A DNA stretch of 64,000 nucleotides from Elephas maximus (taxonomy: Eukaryota), in contig NC_064828.1 in assembly GCF_024166365.1 (NCBI RefSeq), forward strand, positions 30,439,814 to 30,503,813, in the 5' to 3' direction. The position numbers were made by a program, and so were the translations under genes. The notes beneath the pieces are model-generated. The model was not told the DNA's origin. It searched no databases and worked only from the letters and a program-made list of their open reading frames with translations. Each line of letters starts with the position of its first letter. Position 1 is the stretch's first letter. Of this stretch, positions 38,946 to 52,585 are shown one piece after another.

Positions 38946-41384
38946 TACCTGTATGAAGCAAAATCTACCCCAAAGGCAAAACTACTCAGAACAGAAGTAC
39001 AGACGTGAGAAAGTTTTCATGAGGACATTATTTACAAAAGCAGCCCAGAAATATGAATGAAAAAAAGCACTGGGTTTAAAGCAGTTGTGCTATAGTACTT
39101 AAACACATAAGTAACTTCATCCCTGTTTAACAGCTTGTTTTTATAGCTGAAAAATGAGAATTTCAACAGAAAAGTCACCACCCCAAAGACCTATCATATT
39201 TCTTGTCATTTATGAAATAGTTTAACTCAGTTGTTTGCTGTTTTTACACAAACTGTTAACTACTCATGAATTGTGTATTAGCCATGAAGTAATTTCAAGG
39301 GCATTTCATTTCTTAACTCTGACAGAACAATCTGTGCTTACACATTACTTACATCATTTAAGTACAGATTTCTTTCCCCTTTCAAAAATGGTATTTTACC
39401 ATAAAGTTTGATTTAAAGCTAATATACTCTTATGTAGATACTGTAAGTACCTATCAGCTATGTTGTTGTAAGGTGCCGTCGACTCAGTTCCAATTCATGG
39501 TGACCCTACGTACAACACAACCAAACACTGCCTAGTCCTGCACCATCCTCATGATCAGCTGAGGTATATCAGCTATATTAGGAGTATTTATGTTCCACAT
39601 TTCTCTAAGTTTCGTACAGTAATTTTCCCTCCTGTTATCTCTGAATCTTAGACTTTTAGCATCATCTATTCTAAAAACTCATTTAATTCAAGTACTTGTT
39701 TAAAAAAAAAAAAAATCTTATTCTAAAGAATAGGTTTTATATTCTGGTTCACAAAGGTATTATAGTTTCGTATCATTTTTGTAATTCTGGTATAAGCAGG
39801 AGCGAGTTTTAAATCTAATTCTGGAAACACAATAAAGTATACCAGAATTCCAGTATTTTGATATGTATTTTGTACTCCCTGTGTGTTAATATACCTCTAT
39901 GGATGTAAATACAACATATAGGGCAGAAAATTCCCTAAAGTATAATTTAGCCAAACAACTGAGAATATCCCAACATTAAACAGGAAGCAGAAATAACCAT
40001 GCCAGAACAGTATATGCAATTCAAATCAAGATGTCTACTTAAGGCTATAAATAAAATGTTCATAATAAAATATTTCCTGTTAAATACCAGTAAACTTTTA
40101 CGTCTCTATTCCTCACATACATAAGGTTGTTTTTGGCAGTCATTCTTCATTGCCTCTTAGAAAGATTAAGCATCATAATCAGATATTAAAAGTTTTAAGT
40201 AGACATGCGGGAACCCAGATAAGTGTGTGTGTGTGTATGTGTGTGTGTATACAACATTGACGTTTAAGCCCCTCTTATTCCATCTAAATGTCTTACTGAA
40301 ACATCATTAAGATAGCTGCCATTTTCCAGGGATTAAAAAAAAAAAATTAATGAACGATTCCAATTCAATTCAGTTCAATTATTATTTTAATATCTCTTCT
40401 GGCCAGGCATTATTAGGGATAAGAAAGGTATCCTGCTCATGGAGCTTGTAATCTAGCAGAAAATCTAAGAATAATATTAGAAAAAAATAATTAACTCTTT
40501 TCTTTGCCTTCTCTTACATGTCTTCAAGTTGACTGATTCTACAGGATGGTTTCGGGTGAGAAAGGTCAGCTTCCATCTTTAATATGAAGAATCATCTACC
40601 TTCACCCTACAAAGAGAAAGCTGTTTTTAAAACTGCCCAGAAATGTGTGTGAACAACCACATGGGGGATAGAGGACTGAGTTAAACCATTTAAACATGAA
40701 TGACTTCAGAGTATAACGTCTCAGTAACTACCAGAATCAGTTTACTACAGCCCTTTCATCGTAGCCTTAGGAAAGCTATTCAAATACTATCACCAAAGGG
40801 TTCTATTAGCTATATTCCTGTGTTTAAAAATTAAATTTTTTTTTAATCACAAGTACATTCACTTAATCAGGAATCACTGCCTGCTTTGTAATTGTTTGAC
40901 TCCGCAAAAATCAGAAGGCACTAACGGACAGCCAACCCATCCCATGGTGCCCTGAGTGAAGACAAGCCAGGTTTGATATATGATGGACTAAAATCTCACT
41001 GCCTAAGCCTCCAAGCAGTGAGAGGAACAGCCATCAAAGTATATTTCCAACCACATTATTTTAAGAAACACTTAGTTAAAAAAAAAAGACATTAATAAAC
41101 TGTTATCAAGATAAGAATCATTACATCTAAGTTTTTAAAGAGATCAATTAAGAACTAGAGGATTAACTGATCCAGCTACACAAAATGAGGAATGAAATGA
41201 CAAAAAAAAATTCAGCGACAAAGCCAAGATTAAGCATCTAAAGAAATTTTTATTGGAACAATTACAGTATATACACTAGGCCTTACGATACTTACCCTAA
41301 TTCTAGGACAAAATTAGGCTTTGAATGTTAAGGGTGAAGGTAATGAGAGGTAGGCCAACGGCAGAAGACACACATAAGCAACAT

Positions 41385-41720
41385 TGTTAGCTGCCATCAA
41401 GTCAGCCCCTGACTCCTAGCTACCCCATTCACAAAGGAACAAACTGCATCATCCCCACAATCGGTTATGATCAGACTGTTGTGAGTCATAGGGTTTTCAC
41501 CAGCTGATTTTCAGAAGTAGATCACTAGGCCCTTCTTACTAGTCCATTTTAGTCTGGAAGCTCCACTGAAACCTATTCAGCTTCATAGCAACTCACAAGC
41601 CTCCAATGGCAGACGGCTGGTGGCTGCACGAGATGCACCAGCTGGGAATCAAACCCAGGTCTATCACATGGAGATCAAGAAATCTACAACTGAACTGCCA
41701 ATGCCCCCCACTGCCCCACA
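41385..41720 (-). mobile_element. AfroLA-type long SINE copy
   Basis: A roughly 330-bp element that begins with a gctgccatcaagtcag block and ends in a tRNA-like region (gggaatcaaacccaggtctat...). It is homologous to 5640-5840 and to 39460-39570. Confidence 0.55.
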
Positions 41721-42979
41721 TGAGCAACAAAAACAAAGAATTTTTGACAAGCTTTTACGTAAACATCAAAAATTGGGAGGTAGCACAAAGTCTATGATAT
41801 ATAATCATCCTGAATCAGGCGCTTTTATTATAACCTTTTAAGAAATAAAGAAACTTGCCAAGGTTACGTGGTTTGTTAAGTGATAGAGCATGGGTTTGAA
41901 CCCAGTCTGACTCCAGAACCCATGCCTAACTATGCTGTGCTACGTCACTACATCTTTAATTGACTTTTAAAAAATAAAATTATACAGCACCTTTGCAGCT
42001 AGCCATGAAACCACAAAGCTGAATTTTCAAAGATTTAAAGACATATATGTCTTGTGCCAGAGCTCCTCAATTTCAGCATAAGTCTTACCATAAAAGAGAA
42101 AAAGCCGTCATCTGCATAACCAGCACATACAAGCATTGCAGACTGGAAGATACAAGAGATTCAGATCTACTTTCAGTCTCTTGAAATTTCGTTTCTGCAA
42201 AAGAGAGTCAAAAGCTAAAAAAAAAGATATCAAATGCTGATGTTACCTTGAATTATTTTTATTACCTGTGGGGGTGCCATTTTGATTTATAATTGCCAAA
42301 TTCTTTAGGGCACCCCCACATATACCCACATTTCTTGCTACAAATGCAGGCACAGGTTAAGAAAACAAGGCTGCCCTGTCCAGGTTCCTTAAAAAAAAAA
42401 AACCTTTTTTTTTTTTAATTACACATGTAAGCCCAATTCCAGAGACAAAAGCTTGTAGTATTTGAGTACATGTTTTCAGGTGATTTCTCAGGCAAATACA
42501 TGTATATAAAAATGTTTAGGCAGAAAAATGACTATACAAATTGTTCTATAACCTGTTTTAATGTATCATGAATATCCCTCCTTCCATTTCAAGAAACATA
42601 AACCTATGTCCTTTTAAACACCTGTATGGTGTTGCATTACATGGCCTTAACAAAATTGGTTTAACCAACTCTGGGATTCTCTAAATCCTATGTATGTATA
42701 GGCTGACAAAATAGTGATAAGATAAAAACTGCCTAGCTAGAATTGTATCAGTCATCAGTACATTTTCTGTTGTGTCTGAATTTTTGGATTAAGGATTCCT
42801 GACCCTAGTTCTAGTAACCTCAGAGATATTACAAAGGAAAGATAAAACAGGATAAGGTGCTAGTTATGGTATCAAATTAATAATTATAAAGATTTAGGAA
42901 TTACCTGGGATCTCTGGCTAGAACCCAGTAAGAATTCCAAGAAGCAGAATTCAATTCCAGGTGTTTGCCCCTAGCTTTA

Positions 42980-43055
42980 GTCTGCTCAGAGCATGTGTTT
43001 AATCAGGGTGATCAGCTGAAACACGGACTTAACATGCATTTCATCATGGCAAACT
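42980..43055 (-). ncRNA. SNORD126: C/D box snoRNA SNORD126, the MIR1201 locus. The minus-strand sequence is agtttgccATGATGAaatgcatgttaagtccgtgtttcagCTGAtcaccctgattaaacacatgctCTGAgcagac.
   Basis: Near-identity to human SNORD126 as recalled. It has a C box ATGATGA, a D' box CTGA, a D box CTGA, and a terminal stem agtttgc/gcaaac-like pairing. It lies within the CCNB1IP1 5' region, as it does in human. Confidence 0.85.
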
Positions 43056-43195
43056 GTAAATGTTTGGTGAAGGGCAAACCACCACCAGCTCCTAATACCT
43101 AGGACACCAGGAAAGCCCTCTTAAGGTTGGGATTAAGGCATCTCAACCACCAAATTTCAGCCACTAATAACACTGAGCCCCAACTCTTGCTAAAA

Positions 43196-43320
43196 CCAAA
43201 AAACTCGTTGCCATGGAGTCGCTTCCAGCTCATTGCGACCCTGTTGGACAGATTCGAGCTGCTGACCTTTTTGGTTAGCAGCCAATCTCTTAACTGCTAA
43301 GCAAGCGGGGCTCCATCTCT
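43196..43320 (-). mobile_element. AfroSINE copy (diverged), 140 bp upstream of SNORD126 on the gene strand
   Basis: aaaccaaaaaactcgttgccatggagtcgcttccagctcattgcgaccctgttggacagattcgagctgctgacctttttggttagcagccaatctcttaactgc. Confidence 0.6.
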
Positions 43321-44559
43321 TGCTGGGTGATTCAAAATTCAAATGAAGTCAAAAGTAAGAGTTTTTTTTTTTTTTTTTCTTACACTTACCTCTGGTATCA
43401 TATGAATCCAGCTTCTATCTAGGAATCACACTGAATTACACCATCTATCAACTACCTAATATCATCTCTGGAAAATAAAAAATAAACACATAAAGGTTAC
43501 GATTGTGTGAACTGCATAGACACCAGCATGCTCCACAGCAAGTCATAGCCATGTAGCCTCAAGAAAAATCAGAGAAACTGCTCATTTTTATTTGAATCTC
43601 CGTTGAGTAATATAAACTACTGATCCATGGAGAATGCCATCAAATGCCCAAGTTCAATATCAAATTAGGCCCGGACCTCTGCACTGACTCAGCTTGGCAT
43701 AAATCAAAGTTTTGGTAAAATTGCACAGCATATCTAACCAGCCTCTCATGGGAGAACAGGTATGCAAAGGAACCAAGAACTCGTAAGATTCAGATAAATG
43801 AGAAGATAATCCAAAATAGTCAGTTTTTTTTCAAAGCATGTTTCAATATCATTGAGCCAATGCTAATCGTACTTAATCTTTACTCTTGGGAGGCCTTTTT
43901 CACAGTAAACTAAGGAAAACCTTCCCTGGACATAAGAAAATTTAGATAGCATGATCTAGAGCCCAAGTCAGCCACAAGATGGCAATGTAAGAAAGCTTTA
44001 ATTTTCTCTTCCAGCTTTTGAGTACAATCTGAAATTTCAGGTGAAACACTGGACATGCCACTAATCACCACAGGCAACCTTCAGAGTATTTCCTGAAAAG
44101 GGATTCTTTACCTAATTACCAGCTAGGAATCTTTTATCACAGTTAATAAAAAATTTAGAACGCTTCATTTAAAAACAGAATTTGAGAAAGAATTATCACA
44201 ATACTTTCCTAATGTCCCTTTTCGTGTGGCAATGTGGAAATTTAAAAATTCCTAACCTTCAGATACAACCTAGCCAGAAAGATGAGGCTCATGAAAATGA
44301 ATGGCCATAGTAAGCTGCAACATGGTAAATGGTAGTGAGAATAAGTCAGGTTAATAATCATTGGTCAAACGGTTTCAGGGGACATCTAAGTCAATTGGCA
44401 TAATAAAATCTCTTAAGAAAACATCCTGCACCCCACTTTGAAGAGTGGCGCCTGGGGTCTTAAACGCTAGCAAACAGCCATCTAAGATGCATTAATTGGT
44501 CTCAACCCACCTAGATCAAAGAAGAATGAATACCAAAGACACAAGGCGATTACAACGAG

Positions 44560-45130
44560 CCTAAGAGACAGAAAGGGCCACATGAACCAGTGACTACATC
44601 AGCTTGAGACCAGAAGAACTAGATGGTGCCCGGCTACAACCGATGACTTCCCTGACAGCGAACACAACAGAGAACCCCTGAAAGAGCAGGAGAGCAGTGG
44701 GATGCAGACCCCCAATTCTCAGAAGACCAGGCTTAATGGTCTGACTGAGACTAGAAGAACCCCAGTGGTCATGGCCCCCAGACCTTCTGTTGGCCCAGGA
44801 CAGGAACCATTCCCAAAGCCAACTCTTCAGACATGGATTGGACTGGACAATGGGCTGGAGAGGGATGCTGGTGAGGAGTGAGCTTCTTGGATCAGGTGGA
44901 CACTTGGAGACTATGTTGGCATCTCCTGCCTGGAGGGGATATGAGAGGGCGGAGGGAGTTAGAAGCTGGCGAAATGGACACGAACAGAGAGAGTAAAGGG
45001 AGAGAGCGGGCTGTCGCATTAGGGGGAAAGCAATTGGGAGTATGTAGCAAGGTGTATATGGGTTTTTGTGTGAAAGGCTGACTTCATTTGTAAACTTACA
45101 CTTAAAGCACAATAAAAATTATTTAAATGA
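44560..45130 (+). mobile_element. L1 3'UTR fragment
   Basis: Homologous to 12860-13382, 27895-28450 and 55600-56175, and ends ...cttaaagcacaataaaaattatttaaatgaaaag. Confidence 0.65.
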
Positions 45131-46495
45131 AAAGAATCATTGGTCAAGAAAGTAGACATGGAGCTGGGTCTTAAAGTTGCACTGTTCAGTAGGTAACCAC
45201 TCACTACACGCAGCCATTTAAATTAATTAAAATTCACTGCCTCCATTACTTTAGTCACATTTTGATTATTCAACAGCCACGTGTACCTAATGACTACCAT
45301 GTTGGACAGCACAAATACTAGAACACTCCTGTCACTGCAGAAAGTCCTACTGTCTAGACAGCACTGCCTTAAAGGATGGGTATGACTGAAATAAACTGAC
45401 AGAAAGGAGGCCGCAGCTATCATTCTTAAAGACTTCTGTTAAGCACTATAGAAGTTGCTTCATTCAAACTTCATGACAACCCCATATTTATATTATACTC
45501 TGATATGCATTTGAAAAGTGAGGCTCAGAGAATTTCCTAAGGTCGCTTATCTAGTAAGGGATAGAACTAAGATTTAAATCAGTTCTATCAAAATTCCATA
45601 CTCTTTTTCATTTCACCATGCCACTTCCTACATGAGGGAACAGGGCTATAGAACATGGTTTGCATTACGATGTAATGACAATGACTTCTTGTCCTATAAT
45701 TCAGTAATGCTTTAGTTACGTACAATGTTTTCAGGTCAGCAGTATGCCAAATTAACTAAGGGAGCACACACTCAAAGCGAGACATTAAGACAGAGGTTTT
45801 TATAGTTTAACAACGTCTACTTCAAAACTGCAGGATCCAAGTACTTGCTACAGGACAATAATTATAGGCTGATAGGCACAACTTCTCGTTTGTCTCATCT
45901 CACACACAGAAAACCGAGAATTCATCGGTCCTGGTCTTTGTGTCCACAGCAGATAGCACAATGCCTAACACATAAATCCCAATGTTAAATATAAGACATG
46001 ATGCTCTATACAGGATTCTAGTTACGTTTCTACAAATGTCATTCTACCACGCGAAGGCCATTCCACATTTCCAGAGTATTTGGGGAGCTGAACTATTATT
46101 TTGTAAATACTCCATAAACATACCCACTCAGGTTATTGACTGTGGGCAGTAAGTGCTTCAAATAATGGGGCTCACAGCCAAAAGATACATTTTATATATG
46201 TAACGGTTCATGAAGGCCTGATACAGACTACAGATTTATAATGCTGAATTAGATAATGCTTTCCATTTTAAGATTGTGTTACCATTCAATTTTACTCAGT
46301 TCCACCTCAATTCACTTAGTCTTTGTGACACATACAGGTGTCTTTTCTATCTGAAAAGAGCCTCTAATCTTTTTATATAGAAAAGACATATATACATGTC
46401 ACAAAGAACCATTTAAGGCATCGTATCTTAAGAGTTTAGTACTTGCCTTAGTAGTCCCATCAGCCTTTAACCCTTCCTAATAAGAATGTCCAGAA

Positions 46496-46870
46496 ATCCT
46501 GGGGGTGTAATGATTAGGTGCTACGGCTGCTAACCAAAGGGTTGGCAATTCAAATCCACCAGGTACTCTTTGCAAACTCTATGGGGCAGTTCTACTCTGT
46601 CCTATAGGGTCACTGAGTCGGAATCAACTTGACGCCGACAAGTTTCGTTTTTTAGTTTAATGAGAATGTCCAAGTCCACTTGATTTTTAGGGGGGTCTAC
46701 AGATGTTTTAGGAACCCTGGTGGCATAACAGTTAAGTGCTACAGCTGCTAACCAAGAGGTGAGCAGTTGGAATCCACCAGGTGCTCCTTAGAAACCCAAT
46801 GGGGCAGTTCTACTCTGTCCTATAGTGTTGCTACGAGTCAAAATGGTCTTGACGGCAATGGGTATGTGCA
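46496..46870 (+). mobile_element. Two tandem AfroSINE copies in the same orientation, at 46496-46650 and 46715-46870
   Basis: Both carry gggggtgtaatgattaggtgctacggctgctaaccaaagggttggcaattcaaatccaccagg or aggaaccctggtggcataacagttaagtgctacagctgctaaccaagaggtgagcagttggaatccaccagg, followed by a ggggcagttctactctgtcctatag body. Confidence 0.7.
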
Positions 46871-49800
46871 CAGCAAATGTTATTGAGGTTTTCACAGTGC
46901 CACTTCTGTTCTGGCATACAGGCTGCTAAAGAATCACGCCTTCTCTCCTCAGTGGATTCCATCTTCAACCTGAAGCAAAAGGAAAACAACACAAAACTGG
47001 TTACTTGGCTTGGGTCTCCTTTAGAGAGCTCTATAAGGCACTATTTTCAGAAAAATCCAAGTTTTGCTTCCCACTCACTGTCAGCTATTTTAGTTAAGAA
47101 TTCTGATCATTTTAATCTTTAAAGAAAAGAGGGAATCCATTCAGAATACAGATGATATAGAAGTGGTCAGGTCTGAAACACAGGACAGTTATAGACAGAT
47201 AATCCACAACCCACCACCTCACCCAGTCTGAGTCCTTTTGCTGGATAAAAATACAGTTGCCAAGGGGTTGAGTCAAGACAGCAAGAAGAAATAACTTCCA
47301 ATCAGGATCTAAGAAGCAGTATAAATCTTCTCTACTGTATTAGCTTTCTATCTTACCCATTTCATAATACCCTGCCAATCTTATATTGCACAAAGCACTT
47401 TCCAGACATTGCCTCATTCTGCAAGTACTGTGAATCTTCATTTAACAGATGGGCAAACAAGACTAAATGGCAGGCAACTTAGCTTAGTGGTTAAGATAAT
47501 GGATTTGAAACCTGACAGAAATGGACTTGAATCCCAGCTCCTCCCTTTTTCACTAAGTGACCCCAGTTGCCCTTCTCTAAAATGAGGACAAATACCACCT
47601 ACCTCTTGGGATCCTTTGAGGATAAAATGAGGTAATAAATGTGAAATACTTTTTACAGTAGCTGGCATGTACTTAAACATCTAACATGTTGTTTCTATTT
47701 TTAAACTTCTGAGCTCAATCTGCTAGGGAGTAGGTAAGGAGATATTCTGCCTACAAATTTTACACTTTTCACAATAACCCTGAAGCCAGGAAAGTCACTC
47801 ATATTCATAACAGCCTTTCCAACTCCAAGCTACTGTGTCTTTTTAAGAAAAAATGTTTGCTTCCCACTTCCCCTCATTCCTTATTTAACAATGTAGAAAG
47901 ACTCCACTGTACATATTCTATATAAAGTTACTTAATAAAACCATACTTCCATCGGGAATAATAGAATTTCTCTCCCAGGAGCCATTATTCAATGAATACA
48001 ACGAATGTGACCCAGCTGGAGCTGGACTCATAAGGACACATCATAAGGGCCCTGAGGTATAAAAGCAATTGCTAGGACAATCTTAGAAAACGTTTTTTAG
48101 GGAACCTTTCACAAAAACTTAGAGCACAAAAGATTCATATATTTTCCACTCTTACCTTTTTCTATTAGCATTTAGTAAAAAGCAAGATTTGTTGGGCCAA
48201 AGAAGACCCTCCTGACTGTCATTCCTGAAATTTGTACCAATGATTATTAAGACGGACAATTCAAAATGTAGAGTCATGGTGATTTAGCAGTTTTTAGCCG
48301 TTGTGAAAGGGTGAAGCTTTTAATGATTTCATCCATGTGTAATGTTAATATATACTGATGAGTCTGTAATATTCCTTGGACTTGGACAGACATGGCTCTG
48401 GCAGCATACTTGTCCGTGTCCCACTTCTGCCTCTTTCAACATAGTCCAAATACAACCTTTCTTTTTGCTTTACCCTAACTCAGTGGTGATTTTACCCTAG
48501 GACACATGTGTGTTCCTCACAAGATAAAACTAACCCCTACTTTAAATGAGGCAGGCAGAGACACATTCATATAAAAGCCATTAGCAGGGTTTTGTCTTTG
48601 GCAGAAAATCCTATACTGCCCAATCAAGACATTTAAGGTATTGTTTGGTTTCTTACCATTTTACGTACACAAAATATATATAAATAACAGGAAATGCTGC
48701 CTAATTAAATTCAGAGTCCTTATAAATAGAAAACTAATATTTATGAAAGCATAACTGAATGCCACAGTTACCAACTGATTCAGGTATAAGGTTGGTTATT
48801 CATTATAGCATTTGGGGAGAAAAGAGCAAGATCAGTAAGCTTCCTAAATGTTTATCAATAAAGGTTAAATAAATTGTGGTACAGCCATACATTAAAATAC
48901 TACGTAGCCATTACAAAGAATGCAGAAGCTCTTTATTTACTCCTGGAACTTTTAAGTGAAAGCAGTAAGGCACATGGCAGAATACGGGTAGAAGAGGGAG
49001 GAGTGAGTATACTTAAATTATCTACATAAAATGTCTCTGGAAGGATACACCAGACACTGTTAACACTGTTCAGCAGGGGGGAAACTGGGTGGCTCAGGGG
49101 TAGGAGACTTCGATCCCTTTTGAATTTTGAACCATGTGAATGTCTAACCTATGCAAAAAATAAATTAAACAATAAACCTTGAGGATTATGCTTATGGAAG
49201 ACCCAAAAATGGCTATTTCTACATTCCACCAGCTCGGTCATAATTTGTCTTTCTCACTTTCTGCCTGTAAGGATAACCAATACATACACTATATTCCAAC
49301 TAATATATATCAAAGAGAAAAATGGGAATGGGATAAATTACCCTCAAGGTCACTAGGCAAATGTTTTTATGAGGAAAAAAAAATCCAAAATGAATTGACT
49401 GCTTCCATCTAGAAGGTGCTATCATTTAATATATGCCTACCAGTGACCGGCCTTTATATATTTCACTTGATCTTCCAACCTGAGCCTCAGAACGGATAGC
49501 TGTCTCGCCCAAGGTCACCGGAGCAAGCTGGGGCGCTGGAATTTGAATTTAGGCTTGCACTAAGCTAAGGCCCCTGTATATCTTTTTCAGTGTATCTTTC
49601 CGCCCTCACCACATTGGTGACATTCAAATTAGGAACTCCTCTTAACGCTCACTAAAATCATTCGACTTCGGTTGTTTGCTGCCCTGTCTCAGCAAGAAAG
49701 CCAGACCGCTCTGAGCAAAGACCAGGGCAAAGACAACGTCTGCTGCAGAGCCCACTAATCCAATAAGGACCTGCGCTCGGCAGGCAACAGAGAATTACTG

Positions 49801-50821
49801 AACATGTGCAGGGCTGAACTCCTCCCAAGATCTACTCTTTCACCCAGGGAGATATAAATCAAAACAGCAATACCTTTCCCTCCAAGCAAAAGAATCCGGG
49901 CGTTTTCCAGGAACGCACGCACTCTGTACTTGAAGCTGAGTCTATTGTTTCTAGGTCACCAGGTCTAGGGGGAAGGAACGCAGACCCAGCGCTGCAGAAA
50001 CCCACGTGCAAACAAGCCAGGCGGAGCGTTTCACGTCCTTGCCCCAGCCCCCGCACAGCTGAAATAGTCGCCCTGCGCCTCACATACTCCAATGCTGGCT
50101 TAAAATAAAGACCTGTCACGAGGGCGTATGGCTGACATGGAAGAGAAATTCAAAACGGACAGAGAAGTAAAGCGCACACTCACCAGCGCATCAAAACGGA
50201 GAAAGAGAGACAGGAGAGAGACAGGAAATGGCCTTGGGAAGTAGCTTGAGACCCTGATTGGCTAATGAGTTAAAGGCGGGTTCCCTCCTCCTTCACCTTA
50301 AAATCAAAAATCAAACCCATTGCTATTGCGTGGATTCCGACTCAGTGACGCTATAGGACAGAGTAGAACTGCCCCATAGGGTTACCTTGAAACGTATTAA
50401 AATAACGCAACCCCCTCCTTCACCTACTTGTCTTTTCAAGGATTAGTCATGTTTCTTGCACAGGTTTTACACTGAACTTTTTAAATCTAATTTCTTTTTG
50501 GGTCAATGTACTTAACAGCATAAGCAAACACTGGCTAATTCAAGTTATTTACGTATGTTCCTGTTTAGACAGGCCTACGGCACTGGGTCTGGACTGCATT
50601 TTATTCCAAACAAATTTCATCCCTTTAGGATAGCTTCCTGTCCTTTGTGACCTCAGCACTGGTAATTTAATGGAAGGTAACGGGATCTATTATAAACAGT
50701 CTAGATCTGCTCAAGTTAGAATTCGCCTTCAGGGCACTATTCCAGCTAACTGGCTTAGTGGATAAAAGCTGGGTGGTTAAAGCATTGAAATAAAATTTAG
50801 CTAATTTTAAATCCGAGCCCT

Positions 50822-50990
50822 GCTATTGTTGTTAGGTGCTGTCCAGTGGGTTCTGACTTAAAGCAACCCTATAGGACGGAGTAGAACTGGCCCACAGGGT
50901 TTCCAAGAAGCAGCTTGTGGATTCCAACTGCCAACCTTTTGGTTAGCAACCGAGCTCTTAACCACTGCACCACCAAGGATCCATAGTGGC
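50822..50990 (-). mobile_element. AfroSINE copy, with a fragment at 50310-50385
   Basis: gtgctgtccagtgggttctgacttaaagcaaccctataggacggagtagaactggcccacagggtttccaagaag...accactgcaccaccaaggatcc. Confidence 0.65.
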
Positions 50991-51282
50991 CCTGTGAACA
51001 ACAGAATGAAACATTGCCCGATCCTGCACCATCTTTACAATGGTTGCCATGTTTGAGCTCATTGTTGCAGTCACTATGTCAATCCATCTCATTGAGGGTC
51101 CTCCTCTTTTACTATGACCCTCTACTTTACTAGGCACGATGTCCTTCTCCAGGGATGGGTCCCTCCTGATAACATGTCCAAAATAAGCAAGACAAAGTCA
51201 TTTACTTGCACAGATCTAAATCTCAGCTTCCTCAACTATAAAAAGAAAAAAATCATGACATCTATCTCCTAAGAAAACCAAA

Positions 51283-51450
51283 CCAAAACCAAACTTGTTG
51301 CTGTCAAGTCCATTCCAACTCATAGTGACTCTACAGGACAGAGTAGAACCGAGAACTGTCCCATGTGGTTTCCAAGGAGCACCTGGTGGATTGGAACTGC
51401 CAAACCTTTTGTTAGCAGCCATAGCTCTTAACCACTGCACCACCAGACTC
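51283..51450 (-). mobile_element. AfroSINE copy
   Basis: aaaccaaaccaaaaccaaacttgttgctgtcaagtccattccaactcatagtgactctacaggacagagtagaaccgagaactgtcccatgtggtttccaaggag...accactgcaccaccagactcc. Confidence 0.7.
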
Positions 51451-52585
51451 CACATACCAATACAGCATTATATAAAAGCATAGATACATAGACCGTATGT
51501 CTAAGTCATCTAGCGCTGCTATAACAGAAATACCACAAGTGGGTAACTTCAACAAAGAGAAATTTATTCTCTCACAGTCTAGTAGGCTAAAAGTCCAAAT
51601 TCAGGCCATCAGCTACAGGGGAAGGCATTCTCTGTCAACTCTGGAGGAAGGCCCATGTCATCAATCTTCCCCTGGGCTAGGAATTTCTCTGCGCAGGAAC
51701 CCCAGGTCCAAAGGACACGTTCTTCTCCTGGCACTGCTTTCTACGTGGTATGAGTTCCCCCCTCTATGCTTGCTTCCCTTTCCTTTTATCTCTTGTAAAA
51801 TAAAAGGTGGTGCAGCCCACACCCCAGGGAAACTCCCTCTACATTGCATCAGGGATGTGACAATCTCACCCTAACCCTCTTTAACATAAAATTACAATCA
51901 CAAAATGGAGGACAACCACACAACACTGGGAATCATGGCCTAACCAAGTTGACACATATTTTGGGGGGACACAATTCAATTCATGACACCCTATGTGTTT
52001 TAACGTTGAAAAGGAAAAGCTGCCCAACCTCTAAAATGGATTCCTGGAAAGGGGAATGAGGAAAAGATCTAGGTCTTGGATCCATTGAGTTACCAATGTT
52101 GAATCTGCTGACTCAACATCTATTAGGTGAAATTAAAAATGTGGAGCCCTGAGAGGAATATTTTTGGCCACACTTAGCACAAAACAAGGGGGTCATCTGC
52201 CCTCAAAGAACTTTGTTGACCTATGCAATGATCTACTTGAGGGAGATAACCATCTTAGCACCAAGGGATAGTGTAGCTATACTACTAGCATAGCAGTAGA
52301 GGACTTACCAGACTCAGCTGGGATGGATGTGGGAGTCAGGCTCCTCGTCTAAGCCCTAGGCCTAAGAATTTTTGGACAATTCAGGGGAAGTGAAAGGTAT
52401 CAGACTTGTCCCTCATAAGACTTTGGTAAATAACACTTCCCTCCATTTTTGTACATTTTCCTGTCCCCAAATTGATAACTTTTAGATCTAATCTAACTTA
52501 TTTTATGCCATAATTAAGTCAGATGCAGCCCACTTTGAACTAACACTGAAACAGATTAACTAATATAATGCAATCCAACTTTTAT

